Shown: positions 34,318-43,060 of the stretch, piece after piece
Numbering within the stretch: the stretch's first letter is position 1
How the letters are laid out: each line of letters opens with the position of its first letter
IMG/VR virus record: IMGVR_UViG_3300044820_000029
Coordinates: 1-53,796 of that record
Source of the DNA: a virus
Lineage: Duplodnaviria; Caudoviricetes
DNA length: 53,796 bases
Strand: one strand, 5' to 3'
Position numbers and translations under genes: made by a program
The notes under the pieces: generated by a model
What the model saw: the letters and a program-made list of their open reading frames with translations, nothing else
What the model was told of the DNA's origin: nothing
Database searches by the model: none

Positions 34318-35418
34318 CTACTTGCCGCGGCGCTCCGCCTTGGCCCGTAATTCTTCCGTGGTGAGTGGTCGACCGCCCTGGTCAAGCAAATCGCGGAACG
34401 TGATTTTCCCTGATCGCCACAGTTCGGCCTTGCCGGCGCCCAGCACGGTGTCTTGCCGTGCGGTCGGCTGCTTTTTCAGCCACGTTTCAAAATCCATCGC
34501 CGCCGGGACTTGACCGTCCATGCTGGCGCGCGTCGTCTCGGGAATTTCGTTCATGTCGATCCCGATTTCACGCCAAGTTTTCAACACCGGGACCGACGTG
34601 CTGCGGCACCCCCAATGAAGTTTTCCCGGTCCCTCAAGCCACTTCGGCCCGCTGTCCAACGGCTTGTGTTCTTCGTCCGGGCTGTAGGTGTGACCGTCGC
34701 GGGTGAGGCACCAAATCGACGTCCGCGTGTCCAGTGTCGCCGACCACTGCAGGGCTTTGATGATGTCGTTATTGTCGGCGTACATGGCTTCGCGGCCGGT
34801 GTTCGCCGCAGCCTGCACCGACGCGCGCACCAGCCGTTCAGCCGACGACTTCGAAATGTCCATGATGCCGCGCTGCGTGTTCGTGCCGCGGACCCGCGCA
34901 ACCAATTGGTCGTTCGTCTCGCCGATCGCCACGCCTTTACGCATTTCGTCGGCGAACCGGTCGGACAGCCCCGTCGCTTGCCGCGACCACCAGTCTTTCG
35001 ACGCGGCGCCCTGAATCAGCACGTCGGAAACCAGATTTTCGAGCGCTTTGCGGGTGATCGCGCCGTCAATGAACTGGACGCCGACCGATTGATTGAACGC
35101 GCCGGCGGTCCAACCGTATTCCTGGTCAATTATTTCGCGCAGTTCTTGCGCCATCAAAACCGACGCATCGCGGTAGGTCGCGCGAATTGTTTCCTGCACC
35201 AGTTTCAATAGCGCGCCGAGCCGCTTGCGCCCCTTCGCATCGCCGATATCCGCCTTGGCGATCTGCGCGACCAGTTCGGTTTCCAGGTCGTCCAGGAAGG
35301 TGAGGATTTTGTTGCGCGTGCCGGCTTCAAGGCGCAGAAGATCAATCGCCCGTTCGTTGAATAGGTCGACCAATTGTTCGTTGGTCGTGAGGTCCGACCC
35401 GGTGATGCTATCGACCAT
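34318..35418 (-). CDS. Minor head protein (Mu gpF / SPP1 gp7-like)
   Basis: WSATLDTRTSIWC..RDG and HWGCRS. Confidence 0.88.
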   Translation of the reverse strand: MVDSITGSDLTTNEQLVDLFNERAIDLLRLEAGTRNKILTFLDDLETELVAQIAKADIGDAKGRKRLGALLKLVQETIRATYRDASVLMAQELREIIDQEYGWTAGAFNQSVGVQFIDGAITRKALENLVSDVLIQGAASKDWWSRQATGLSDRFADEMRKGVAIGETNDQLVARVRGTNTQRGIMDISKSSAERLVRASVQAAANTGREAMYADNNDIIKALQWSATLDTRTSIWCLTRDGHTYSPDEEHKPLDSGPKWLEGPGKLHWGCRSTSVPVLKTWREIGIDMNEIPETTRASMDGQVPAAMDFETWLKKQPTARQDTVLGAGKAELWRSGKITFRDLLDQGGRPLTTEELRAKAERRGK

Positions 35419-36884
35419 TAAACACCGGGTTTAGCCAGGGCGGGCGGCTTCGGCGGACCACCGTTAAGATCCATCCCCTTGCCCGGCGGGATATTCGCGC
35501 CCAAGTCTGGCGCCTGACTGTCGAGCCGATCTTTTTCAACCACCGCGTCGAAATCCTCCGCCAGCACGCCGCGACGCTGGCACTCCGACCAAAACGTGTC
35601 TTTTGAAATCAGACTGCCGTTGCACATCGCGATCAGGTCTTGCAACGTCGCCGCGCCGAGCTGGATTCCGTCCGGCTTGTTTACTTCGACCGATCCGCCG
35701 GACGCGCCCAGATTCGCAAATCGCGCCATGAACCCCAACGCCTGTTCGACCGCGTCCTCGAGACCGCCAGCCATCATGGCAAGCGGCGAGTTTTCGGTCA
35801 TGTCGGCGCGGATTTCGCCAGTCGCGGTTTTGTGCGCGCCGTTCGCGACCAGCATTTGCAGACCCATCGCCTGCATCTGGGTTTCGAGCCTGGTCAGCCG
35901 CAATTCGGCCGTGCCGATCGCTGCGCCGGTGTGCTCGACATAACTCAGTTTGGCGTTCGGATCCGACGACCGGACCATTTCGGACGCGCCGATCGCAATC
36001 GTATCGTTCTCGCCGAACCCCGCACCGAATAAAATCGGCACGCATGCGACATGCCCGATGTTCTGGATATCGCTGTCCAGTTGCCAATGCGCGACGTTCA
36101 GTTCCGCCAGCTTTTGCAGCGGCGGCTTGGCGCACATGAACCCGGTGCGGTTGGTGTAGCATGGCACTAGCGCGATATCGTCCGTGATGCTGATCGTGCC
36201 TTCGGCGAACAGCACCCAATCCTTTTTGTCGTTCTCGCGGTAAGTGCGCCACGCGCCCGGCTCGACAACGCGGATCTGTTCGACTTCCTTTTCGTCGAAT
36301 TCGCCGTCCGGCTCGGAAATGCACTCGCGGATGCGGATTTGGGTCAACTTTTCGGCGCCGGCGATCGTGGTCGATTTCCAGCCAATCAGACGTTCCAGCG
36401 GAACGATTGTCATGTAGGGTCGAATTCCGGCCTTCTGTTCGTCCGCCAGCGTTCCGCCTGGAATTGCCGGCGGCATGTCGACGTAAATGAACGACACGCC
36501 TGGTTGTAGCGCGTCATAAAACAGATCGCGGGCGAACAGGTTCAGGCATCGGCCGGCGTTGTCGATGTTCTCTGCCCAGCCTTCGTCGGTTTCGGTATCG
36601 CCGCCGCGGATGGCAGCGGGCACGTCGTCTTTCAACACGACGTCCTTGACGAACACCCTGCCCACCATGTCGGCGATCGTCTTTTCGGTCGCGTTGAACA
36701 GCACGGACCGCTTTTTGCGGACGTTGTAGGCAGCGACCGATTCGGCCGGCTCTTTCGGGAGATACTTTTCGCCAGCCTCACGCATGGCGTGCGTGCCGCG
36801 GACAAGCGTGCGGATCACATCCGAACACGCGACCATTTCGGCCTGTTCGTGGCTGGGAGTGGCGACGGTTTTTTCGGTCGACAT
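35418..36884 (-). CDS. Portal protein (DUF4055)
   Basis: MREAGEKYLPK, PPLQKLAELNVAHWQ, YVEHTG. Confidence 0.9.
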   Translation of the reverse strand: MSTEKTVATPSHEQAEMVACSDVIRTLVRGTHAMREAGEKYLPKEPAESVAAYNVRKKRSVLFNATEKTIADMVGRVFVKDVVLKDDVPAAIRGGDTETDEGWAENIDNAGRCLNLFARDLFYDALQPGVSFIYVDMPPAIPGGTLADEQKAGIRPYMTIVPLERLIGWKSTTIAGAEKLTQIRIRECISEPDGEFDEKEVEQIRVVEPGAWRTYRENDKKDWVLFAEGTISITDDIALVPCYTNRTGFMCAKPPLQKLAELNVAHWQLDSDIQNIGHVACVPILFGAGFGENDTIAIGASEMVRSSDPNAKLSYVEHTGAAIGTAELRLTRLETQMQAMGLQMLVANGAHKTATGEIRADMTENSPLAMMAGGLEDAVEQALGFMARFANLGASGGSVEVNKPDGIQLGAATLQDLIAMCNGSLISKDTFWSECQRRGVLAEDFDAVVEKDRLDSQAPDLGANIPPGKGMDLNGGPPKPPALAKPGV

Positions 36885-36980
36885 GGCTGGAAAGTAGGGG
36901 CGTTGGGGTTAAAAAAGAGTGGTTGACAATAAACCCGCCTGATGTATTGTTGTGAGTACAGACCGTCACGGAGCGCAACA

Positions 36981-37178
36981 ATGGGTAACGAAGCCGACAA
37001 TACATTAATGACAACCGCCATGGTACGCGCCCGGTACGGGAACGTCAGTCATATGTGGATCGAACGCAGGCTGAACGATGATTCCGAATTCCCGAAACCG
37101 CTGTATATTGCCAAGCGCCGGTTTTGGTACCTGAACGACCTTGTCGCTTGGGAACGCAAGCAAGTCGTTAAAGCGTGA
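36981..37178 (+). CDS. AlpA-family HTH / excisionase-like protein
   Basis: VRARYGNVSHMWIER...FPKP..IAKRRFWYLNDLVAWE. Confidence 0.82.
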   Translation: MGNEADNTLMTTAMVRARYGNVSHMWIERRLNDDSEFPKPLYIAKRRFWYLNDLVAWERKQVVKA

Positions 37179-37188
37179 GGGATCCGAA

Positions 37189-37371
37189 ATGGCCGCACAA
37201 ATCGTATGGGGCGCTCGGGAGATCGCCAAGGTGATCGGCCGCACCGAAAAGCAGACCTTTTTCATGCTGGAACAAGGTAAACTGCCGGGTGCTCGGAAGG
37301 TCGCCGGCCGCTGGGCATTCAACCCGGATGTGTTCTTTGCCAGCTTCGGCGAGACGGAGACGCAGCCGTGA
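37189..37371 (+). CDS. Xis/MerR-like small DNA-binding protein
   Basis: IVWGAREIAKVIGRTEKQTFFMLEQGKLPGARKVAGRW. Confidence 0.8.
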   Translation: MAAQIVWGAREIAKVIGRTEKQTFFMLEQGKLPGARKVAGRWAFNPDVFFASFGETETQP

Positions 37372-37934
37372 TCAAGTCGTGCGTCGTTTGCGGCGGGGAT
37401 TTCGAACCCAAAAAGTGGGAATCAATCTGTTCGGACAAATGCGCGAAGAAGCGCACGCAAGACTACGCTGAACGATGCGCTAGCGAAAGACGCAATCAGC
37501 ACGCCACGGTATTTCGCAACTGCGTAGAGTGCGGTGATGCGTTCGAATCGGAACGGATAAAGGCACAAATAGTCTGCTCGGAGGCTTGTAGAGCGAACCG
37601 TCTACGCAGGACCACCCACACTAAGCGTCTGCGGAATTGCGTAGTTTGCGACGGCATCATGGCGAGTAACCGGCAGAAATTCTGCTCCCATAAATGCTAT
37701 TACACTGCGGTTAAACGCCCCGCCGTGGTGAACAACCGTCGGCACTCTCGCGATGCTATGTCCGAAACATTGAAGACCCTTCTCTACAAAAAGGAGAAGC
37801 GGCAAACCAAAGTTCGCATGACTCGAAAATTGCTCCGTGACACTGGCGTATCCGTGCCCGGTAACAACAGTGTCGAGAGAGAAGAATTCACCCGTCGTCT
37901 AATCCGCGACCTCAGCCTAGGAGAACTACTATGA
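37368..37934 (+). CDS. Triple CxxC...CSxxC zinc-finger protein
   Basis: CVVC..CSDKC, CVEC..CSEAC, CVVC..CSHKC; no nuclease motif seen. Confidence 0.7.
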   Translation: MIKSCVVCGGDFEPKKWESICSDKCAKKRTQDYAERCASERRNQHATVFRNCVECGDAFESERIKAQIVCSEACRANRLRRTTHTKRLRNCVVCDGIMASNRQKFCSHKCYYTAVKRPAVVNNRRHSRDAMSETLKTLLYKKEKRQTKVRMTRKLLRDTGVSVPGNNSVEREEFTRRLIRDLSLGELL

Positions 37935-38461
37935 TCAAGAAAATCAGCCTTCACGACACGTTCCGCAACGCTATGCTGAGCAACAGCAAAGGGTCGCGTA
38001 AGGAACAGTTCGAAGCGTTCCTGGAAACGATGGAATCGAACAAGGCATATTTGACCGCGCTCGCCACGGACTATTTCGACCGTGAGTTCGCCAAGTGGAA
38101 GTTGGAACGGGTCGGCAAGGCCGGCAGTCTGTCGCTGGTCGCGACGGCGCCGAAACAGCAGACCGCCGAACAGCGGCAGGCACGCAAGCAGGAATTCGAG
38201 CGCGAGTATCAAGCGAAAAAGCCGGCGATCATCGCGACCATCCTGCTCAACCTGGAAATGCCGAACGGCAAGCGGCTGCGTGATTGCACCGGCGCCGACC
38301 TGAACAAGTTCGGCGGGTTCTATACCGAACTGGCACGGCACATGAAGCCAACCGAGATTGTCGACAAGAAGTTCAGCGAAGCCGACTTGAAGCGCGTATA
38401 TTCGCGGTTCACCAGCGGCAAGCGTGGACGCATTGCAGCGAACGAATTGAGGGTGTCGTGA
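37931..38461 (+). CDS. Hypothetical protein
   Basis: AGGAG RBS; MPNGKRLRDCTG motif. Confidence 0.8.
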   Translation: MIKKISLHDTFRNAMLSNSKGSRKEQFEAFLETMESNKAYLTALATDYFDREFAKWKLERVGKAGSLSLVATAPKQQTAEQRQARKQEFEREYQAKKPAIIATILLNLEMPNGKRLRDCTGADLNKFGGFYTELARHMKPTEIVDKKFSEADLKRVYSRFTSGKRGRIAANELRVS

Positions 38462-38745
38462 TGAGCAAAATAGGCGGAACTGCTTTTTGCGGACACGGCA
38501 TAATGGCGTCGGTATGCGACAAGTGCAATCCGACGTCGCAATTCGAAACCACGCCTGCCGGGGTTATCGATTGGAAAATGGAAGCTTTGAGGTCCGCAAG
38601 GCTTTTAACCGATACGGAACGACGCGCTCGCAATGCCGCACTGGAGGAAGCGGCAGAGATCGCCGAATCAAAGGTCGTAAAAACACTCGGATCCCAAACC
38701 GTTTTGATTGCAGTTGCGGCCGAAATCCGAGCACGCAAACGCTAA
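38461..38745 (+). CDS. Hypothetical protein with RNAALEEAA motif
   Basis: Coupled start; ends convergent with the terminase gene. Confidence 0.65.
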   Translation: MSKIGGTAFCGHGIMASVCDKCNPTSQFETTPAGVIDWKMEALRSARLLTDTERRARNAALEEAAEIAESKVVKTLGSQTVLIAVAAEIRARKR

Positions 38746-40022
38746 ACCAACAACTCACTCCGCGACACCGTCCGCGCCCGGCGCACATTCTCCACGGCGT
38801 AGCGGACGGCGTCGGGGTGGTGGTTGTCTTTGTCCTGCACCTTTGTCGTAATCATCCCGGTTTTCTTGTCGATTTCATACGAATACAGCTTGAAATCGTC
38901 GATCGTATGGACGCAGTCGGGGTGCACGACGATGTCATACGACTTCAAAAACTCGATTCCGTCCTCAACCGAGTTCGCGCCCTTGATCGCCGCCTGCATG
39001 CGCGGAAACCCGTTCCGCTTCATATAGCTGATCGTCTCGGGCCGGGCGCTGTCGGCGATGATGTCGACCCGCCGCGCCAGCGATTGCCAATTCGGGTTGC
39101 GCGCCTTTTCGGCCGACCATTCCGGGTCCAGTCGATCGAACAGCGCCGGCGTGCGATCGATTTCACACCCGACCGCATAGACTTCGCGCCATATGTACAG
39201 CGTGCGCCCTTCGATCCACCCGATATTCGCGACCGTCGGATCGACCGAAAAGCCCCAATCGGCGCCGCCGAGCAGCCGCGTTCCCTGCCGTGGCGGGTCG
39301 AACCGTTCGACTTTCCAGTTCCGGAAAATCTGCGCTTCGGAATTTTGCCGGTAGCCGCCGCGCCATACCCACGAATATTTGTCGTGGTCACGCATCTTGT
39401 CGCGTTCCATGTCCTTTCGCAGATCGTCAGGAAACCACGGGTTGTCCTCGAAATTCACCGTGACGCAGGCGAAATCTTCATGCCCTTCGTTTTCACGAAA
39501 GAACTTGTCGACCGGGTCTGTCGGCAGATCCGGATTCCAGGAAAACCGCTGTTGCGTGCCGGGCGTCCGGAACGTCGGGATGGCGAGGTCCAGCGACCGT
39601 TGCGTGAGGGTTTGCGATTCCTCGTACCAGACACGGTTGAACCCCTCGAGCGACTTGATCGACGCCGCAGTGTGGTTCTGCAGCCCGCGGAAAATAGCGA
39701 GGCTGTCGGTGTGCCGGCAGACGATTTCCCGGTCGGTGATCTTGAACCACGGCGCCAGCGGCCACCGCTTACCGGTTTCGACGTCGACCACGTACGTCCG
39801 GTTTATTTTGTCCTCAATCAATTGCTTGACCGAGTCCTTGATCGACACCTGCACTTCGCGGACGCAGGCGGTACGGGTATGCTGCGTGAACATTTCTTCG
39901 ACGGTTTGCCCACCAAAAAAGTGCGATTTCGCCCCGCCGCGGCCACCTTTCGCGCCCTGGAAACGGTGCTTGCCGGTCAACGGCATGAATGCCCGCGGCG
40001 TCGCGATGTCGAGTTTCAGCAC
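38742..40022 (-). CDS. terL: Terminase large subunit (PBSX / terminase_3 type)
   Basis: GGRGGAKS, VWYEES, WNP, GADWGF, DKDNHHPDAVRY. Confidence 0.95.
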   Translation of the reverse strand: MLKLDIATPRAFMPLTGKHRFQGAKGGRGGAKSHFFGGQTVEEMFTQHTRTACVREVQVSIKDSVKQLIEDKINRTYVVDVETGKRWPLAPWFKITDREIVCRHTDSLAIFRGLQNHTAASIKSLEGFNRVWYEESQTLTQRSLDLAIPTFRTPGTQQRFSWNPDLPTDPVDKFFRENEGHEDFACVTVNFEDNPWFPDDLRKDMERDKMRDHDKYSWVWRGGYRQNSEAQIFRNWKVERFDPPRQGTRLLGGADWGFSVDPTVANIGWIEGRTLYIWREVYAVGCEIDRTPALFDRLDPEWSAEKARNPNWQSLARRVDIIADSARPETISYMKRNGFPRMQAAIKGANSVEDGIEFLKSYDIVVHPDCVHTIDDFKLYSYEIDKKTGMITTKVQDKDNHHPDAVRYAVENVRRARTVSRSELLV

Positions 40023-40462
40023 GACGCGGCCGGGTCCACGATCGTGCGGGTGACGGTCAGGTCGGACAGGCTCGGCAAGCCGGCGTCCTTGGGCGCCGCG
40101 CCGCCTTTCCCACCAACCCCCAATTCCTCTGCGATCTGCCGCAGCACCGCCCGCGCGTTCGCCACGTCGTTATTCGCCCGGTAGCGGTCGACGTCGCGCG
40201 ACAGCACGATCAGCCGCGCCGCCTGGTCGGCATATGGCGCGCTCGCCGGGTCGGTGATGATCCGGGCGCGTTCGGTATCGAACACAACCTGCAACTCGGG
40301 ATCGACCAGCGCGACGCGCGGATCGGTCGCCAGCACGTCGTTTTCGGTGCAGTCGGTGTCGGGAAATCGCGCCTTAAAGGCGATCACGACGTCGCGCGGC
40401 GTGTCGAACGCGGCGAGGCGCCGGACGATGAATTGCCGCTGCGGTTTAGAAAAGACTGCCAC
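40016..40462 (-). CDS. terS: Terminase small subunit (DUF2280-like)
   Basis: FIVRRLAAFDTP...LRQIAEELG; directly upstream of terL. Confidence 0.8.
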   Translation of the reverse strand: MAVFSKPQRQFIVRRLAAFDTPRDVVIAFKARFPDTDCTENDVLATDPRVALVDPELQVVFDTERARIITDPASAPYADQAARLIVLSRDVDRYRANNDVANARAVLRQIAEELGVGGKGGAAPKDAGLPSLSDLTVTRTIVDPAASC

Positions 40463-40511
40463 TTGCCCAAACGCTGATCTGGCGTACCCTCTGGTTGATC
40501 TTGCACAGACG

Positions 40512-40548
40512 CAAGAAAATGCCCGGCGCGAACGTGTCGGGCCGGGCT
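40512..40548 (-). terminator. Rho-independent terminator
   Basis: GCCCGGC...GCCGGGC stem followed by ATTTTCTT on the minus strand. Confidence 0.55.
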
Positions 40549-40571
40549 AGTCTGCTCTCGGGAGGGTTAGT

Positions 40572-40850
40572 TTACAGTAAACCGCTGACGGCGAGCCGGA
40601 CGCCGGTGCGGATCAGCGCCAGATCGCCCGAATTGATATTGCCGGCGCAGTTTTCCAGGTACTCGCCGATCAGCAGATTTTCGACGTCCTTGGGGTCGGC
40701 CGACGGGGCGGTCTCGGCGATGAACCGCTCATTGGCGAGTGCCATTTCGGTCGCGGCGAGTTGGCTTTGCAGTTCAGCGATCCGCTTTTCCAGCGTCGCC
40801 TTGAGTTCGGCGGTTAGGGTTTCGTCCTTGGTCGTCTTACGCGGTGCCAT
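40572..40850 (-). CDS. Hypothetical coiled-coil protein
   Basis: AAGGA RBS; 92-aa ORF. Confidence 0.7.
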   Translation of the reverse strand: MAPRKTTKDETLTAELKATLEKRIAELQSQLAATEMALANERFIAETAPSADPKDVENLLIGEYLENCAGNINSGDLALIRTGVRLAVSGLL

Positions 40851-41170
40851 TGCTATAGTCCTTTACAAGTTTATCGACGACTGCGCCGACGATGGTTGAT
40901 GGATCGCCATTTTCGTCCCTAGTGAACGCCTGCCCGATCGCGCCCATGGACGCGCCGTATTGCATCAGCATACTGAGCGCGAATCGCACCGTCGCGGGAA
41001 ATCGCTTCGACTTGTTCGCCCGACTTGCCGGAATTAATGAACACTTCACCCGGCGTCACGTTGTCGTCGTAGAAACCTACCGTGACGGTGTGGACCTTGT
41101 TGAACCCACCGAATTCCAGATCGAAGGTTTCGCAAGCGCGGCGGTTCGGGAGTGGGTTGCGGGTTGTCAT
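40837..41170 (-). pseudogene. Stand-alone TSCPD-like (NrdJ C-terminal-related) protein with a 1-nt frameshift near 40981
   Basis: LPNRR..ETF...GEVFINSGKSG...RDGAI, then one extra base, then ALSMLMQYG...TRDENGDPSTIVGAVVD. Confidence 0.75.
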
Positions 41171-41343
41171 GCGCCGACTCCGTGGACTGCGTAGGTATGG
41201 ATAACGTCACGCATCTTGAGTCGTGCCTTTTCCAGGCGGTCGGCGCGTTCAGTCATACTGCTCGGCTGCGCCGTCAAAACACTAGCCGACGCCCGGTCCA
41301 TTTCGTCCCATGCTTCAATGAGATTTTTAAGCAGGTCGGTCAC
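41167..41343 (-). CDS. Small hypothetical protein (58 aa)
   Basis: Coupled overlaps at both ends. Confidence 0.55.
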   Translation of the reverse strand: MTDLLKNLIEAWDEMDRASASVLTAQPSSMTERADRLEKARLKMRDVIHTYAVHGVGA

Positions 41344-41498
41344 GACTCACCTCTCCACGCCGCGCCAATATCCTCGCCGAAGTTCTCGCGCACGCCCTGG
41401 ACAACGAACAACCAGCCCGTCACGATCACCAGGGCGGCGACGGTGAACGCGACGGTCAGCCGGCGGAGTAAGGGATTGCGGATCTGGGAAATGGTCAT
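41340..41498 (-). CDS. Small TM protein
   Basis: MTISQIRNPLLRRLTVAFTVAALVIV... Confidence 0.55.
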   Translation of the reverse strand: MTISQIRNPLLRRLTVAFTVAALVIVTGWLFVVQGVRENFGEDIGAAWRGES

Positions 41499-41620
41499 CC
41501 CACCACCCCGATCGCCCAAAGGAACCCGATTGCCGGCAGCAGCGTGAGCCACGCGAGCACGAATAGAATGGACGCGAAACACAGCACAACAACAAGTGCA
41601 TCCCGTAATTCGTTCAACAT
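41495..41620 (-). CDS. Small TM protein (41 aa)
   Basis: MLNELRDALVVVLCFASILFVLAW...; GGAG RBS. Confidence 0.55.
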   Translation of the reverse strand: MLNELRDALVVVLCFASILFVLAWLTLLPAIGFLWAIGVVG

Positions 41621-41621
41621 A

Positions 41622-41822
41622 TCAGTTACTCCGTATCGGTTTGGTCACTTCCGGCGGCAAGCCGTTGACCAGGTTCGACCGCACGCCCCAGGTTTTCCAA
41701 TAGCCTTCGCCGAGTTCGAACCGCTCGACACGCACGCGCGTATAGCCGCGGGAGTGCCAGAATTCGCGAATGGTCCGGGCGATGATTTCGGCGCCGGTGT
41801 AGGTGAGGGTGTCGGGTTGCAT
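41622..41822 (-). CDS. Hypothetical protein (VRSNLVNGLPP motif)
   Basis: Downstream of the palindromic promoter at 41866. Confidence 0.7.
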   Translation of the reverse strand: MQPDTLTYTGAEIIARTIREFWHSRGYTRVRVERFELGEGYWKTWGVRSNLVNGLPPEVTKPIRSN

Positions 41823-41902
41823 TTTACGGTTCCGGGTGTTGATGTGGTCAGAATACACGTTCGCGGTTTACTGTCAACCACGCGCGGCAAATAAAAATCA
41901 GG

Positions 41903-42214
41903 CTACAGGGCTGCCAGCACCTTATGCACATACGCACGCGACACCCCGCACAGTTCGGCGATCCTGGTGCGCTTGATCTCCCGCGACGCCAGCCCCTTGA
42001 TGCGCCGAGCGCTGTCCGTGGTGGCAGCCCGTGGCGCGCGGGGCCGGTCGGGTCTATGGGTCCGTAGGACGCGGTAGACGTAGGTCAGGGAGGCGCCTGT
42101 GCGCGCCGAACCGTCAGTGTCCGTCCATCTGATGGATCGGGCAATGTCCGCAGGGTAGCGGCCGGCGTCGGACAGTGCAAGGATTTGGGTGGTGAGCGGG
42201 GAGGGCGTGGTCAT
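41903..42214 (-). CDS. Double HTH DNA-binding protein
   Basis: PADIARSI...SLTYVYRVL and RTRIAELCGVSRAYVHKVL. Confidence 0.75.
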   Translation of the reverse strand: MTTPSPLTTQILALSDAGRYPADIARSIRWTDTDGSARTGASLTYVYRVLRTHRPDRPRAPRAATTDSARRIKGLASREIKRTRIAELCGVSRAYVHKVLAAL

Positions 42215-43029
42215 GCTGCGAGCCTACGGTTGATCCGGTCCTGTAAAGCCGCAAATTGGCTGGCGAGCAGGGCGTTACGGCGTTGCCACTCTGCAATGTC
42301 GATTACCTTTGGCGCCGGCGCTTGGATGCGTCGCTGGCAAATGGCGAAATATTCTGGATCGCGCTCAATGCCGATAAATCGACGGCCGGTGTTCATCGCA
42401 GCAACGCCAGTTGTTCCGCTACCCATGCAGTTGTCGAGCACGACGTCACCCGGATTCGTGTAGGTTCGGATCAGGTATTCCATCAACGCCACGGGTTTTT
42501 GGGTGGGGTGAAGTCCCGCGTCTTGATTTCCAGCGATCGATATATCCAGAATGCTCTTTGGATAATAGAGCCCGTTCACAACCGCCGGCGCGCCGGCACT
42601 TACTGCAACGTCTCGGTTTGCTGTCGAGTATCCGCCTTTTTTGCGTACTTCACCTTCGCGCATTTGCGGCGAATAGAGCGTTTTGGATGTTCCAAATACA
42701 AGGACATCTTCATGAACCTTGAGAGGGTGCCGTTTCACCTGCGGGAAGTTCGCCGCCTTTGCTTTGTTCCAAACCCATGCGTGCCGGAACTGCGTTACGT
42801 TGGACATCAACAGCGCACTGGTAAACGGTTGACTCGCCGTGAGCACGATCGCTGCGTTCGGCTTTGCGATTCGCCGATACTCTCGCCACAATTGATCGAA
42901 CGGAATGACAGCGTCCCAAGAGCAGGCGGTCGTTCCGTAAGGAAGGTCACAGATGATTGCATCCACGCTGCCCGACGGTAGGCGCGACATGATTTGCAGG
43001 CAGTCGCCGTTATAAAGTTGTGCTGTCAT
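42211..43029 (-). CDS. DNA amino-methyltransferase (beta class), copy 2
   Basis: GDCL, DLPYGTT, HPTQKP, LDNCMGSGTTG; ATG at 43029. Confidence 0.93.
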   Translation of the reverse strand: MTAQLYNGDCLQIMSRLPSGSVDAIICDLPYGTTACSWDAVIPFDQLWREYRRIAKPNAAIVLTASQPFTSALLMSNVTQFRHAWVWNKAKAANFPQVKRHPLKVHEDVLVFGTSKTLYSPQMREGEVRKKGGYSTANRDVAVSAGAPAVVNGLYYPKSILDISIAGNQDAGLHPTQKPVALMEYLIRTYTNPGDVVLDNCMGSGTTGVAAMNTGRRFIGIERDPEYFAICQRRIQAPAPKVIDIAEWQRRNALLASQFAALQDRINRRLAA

Positions 43030-43060
43030 AGTATCGAACCTACCACCGTCGGGTTTATTG

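Noticed and set aside
38487-40184. Long antisense ORFs (565 aa here; also 311-1081, 4775-5854, 18643-19833, 27682-28866, 32326-33513)
   Set aside because: These are shadow frames opposite well-supported genes in GC-rich DNA, with no recognisable motifs.
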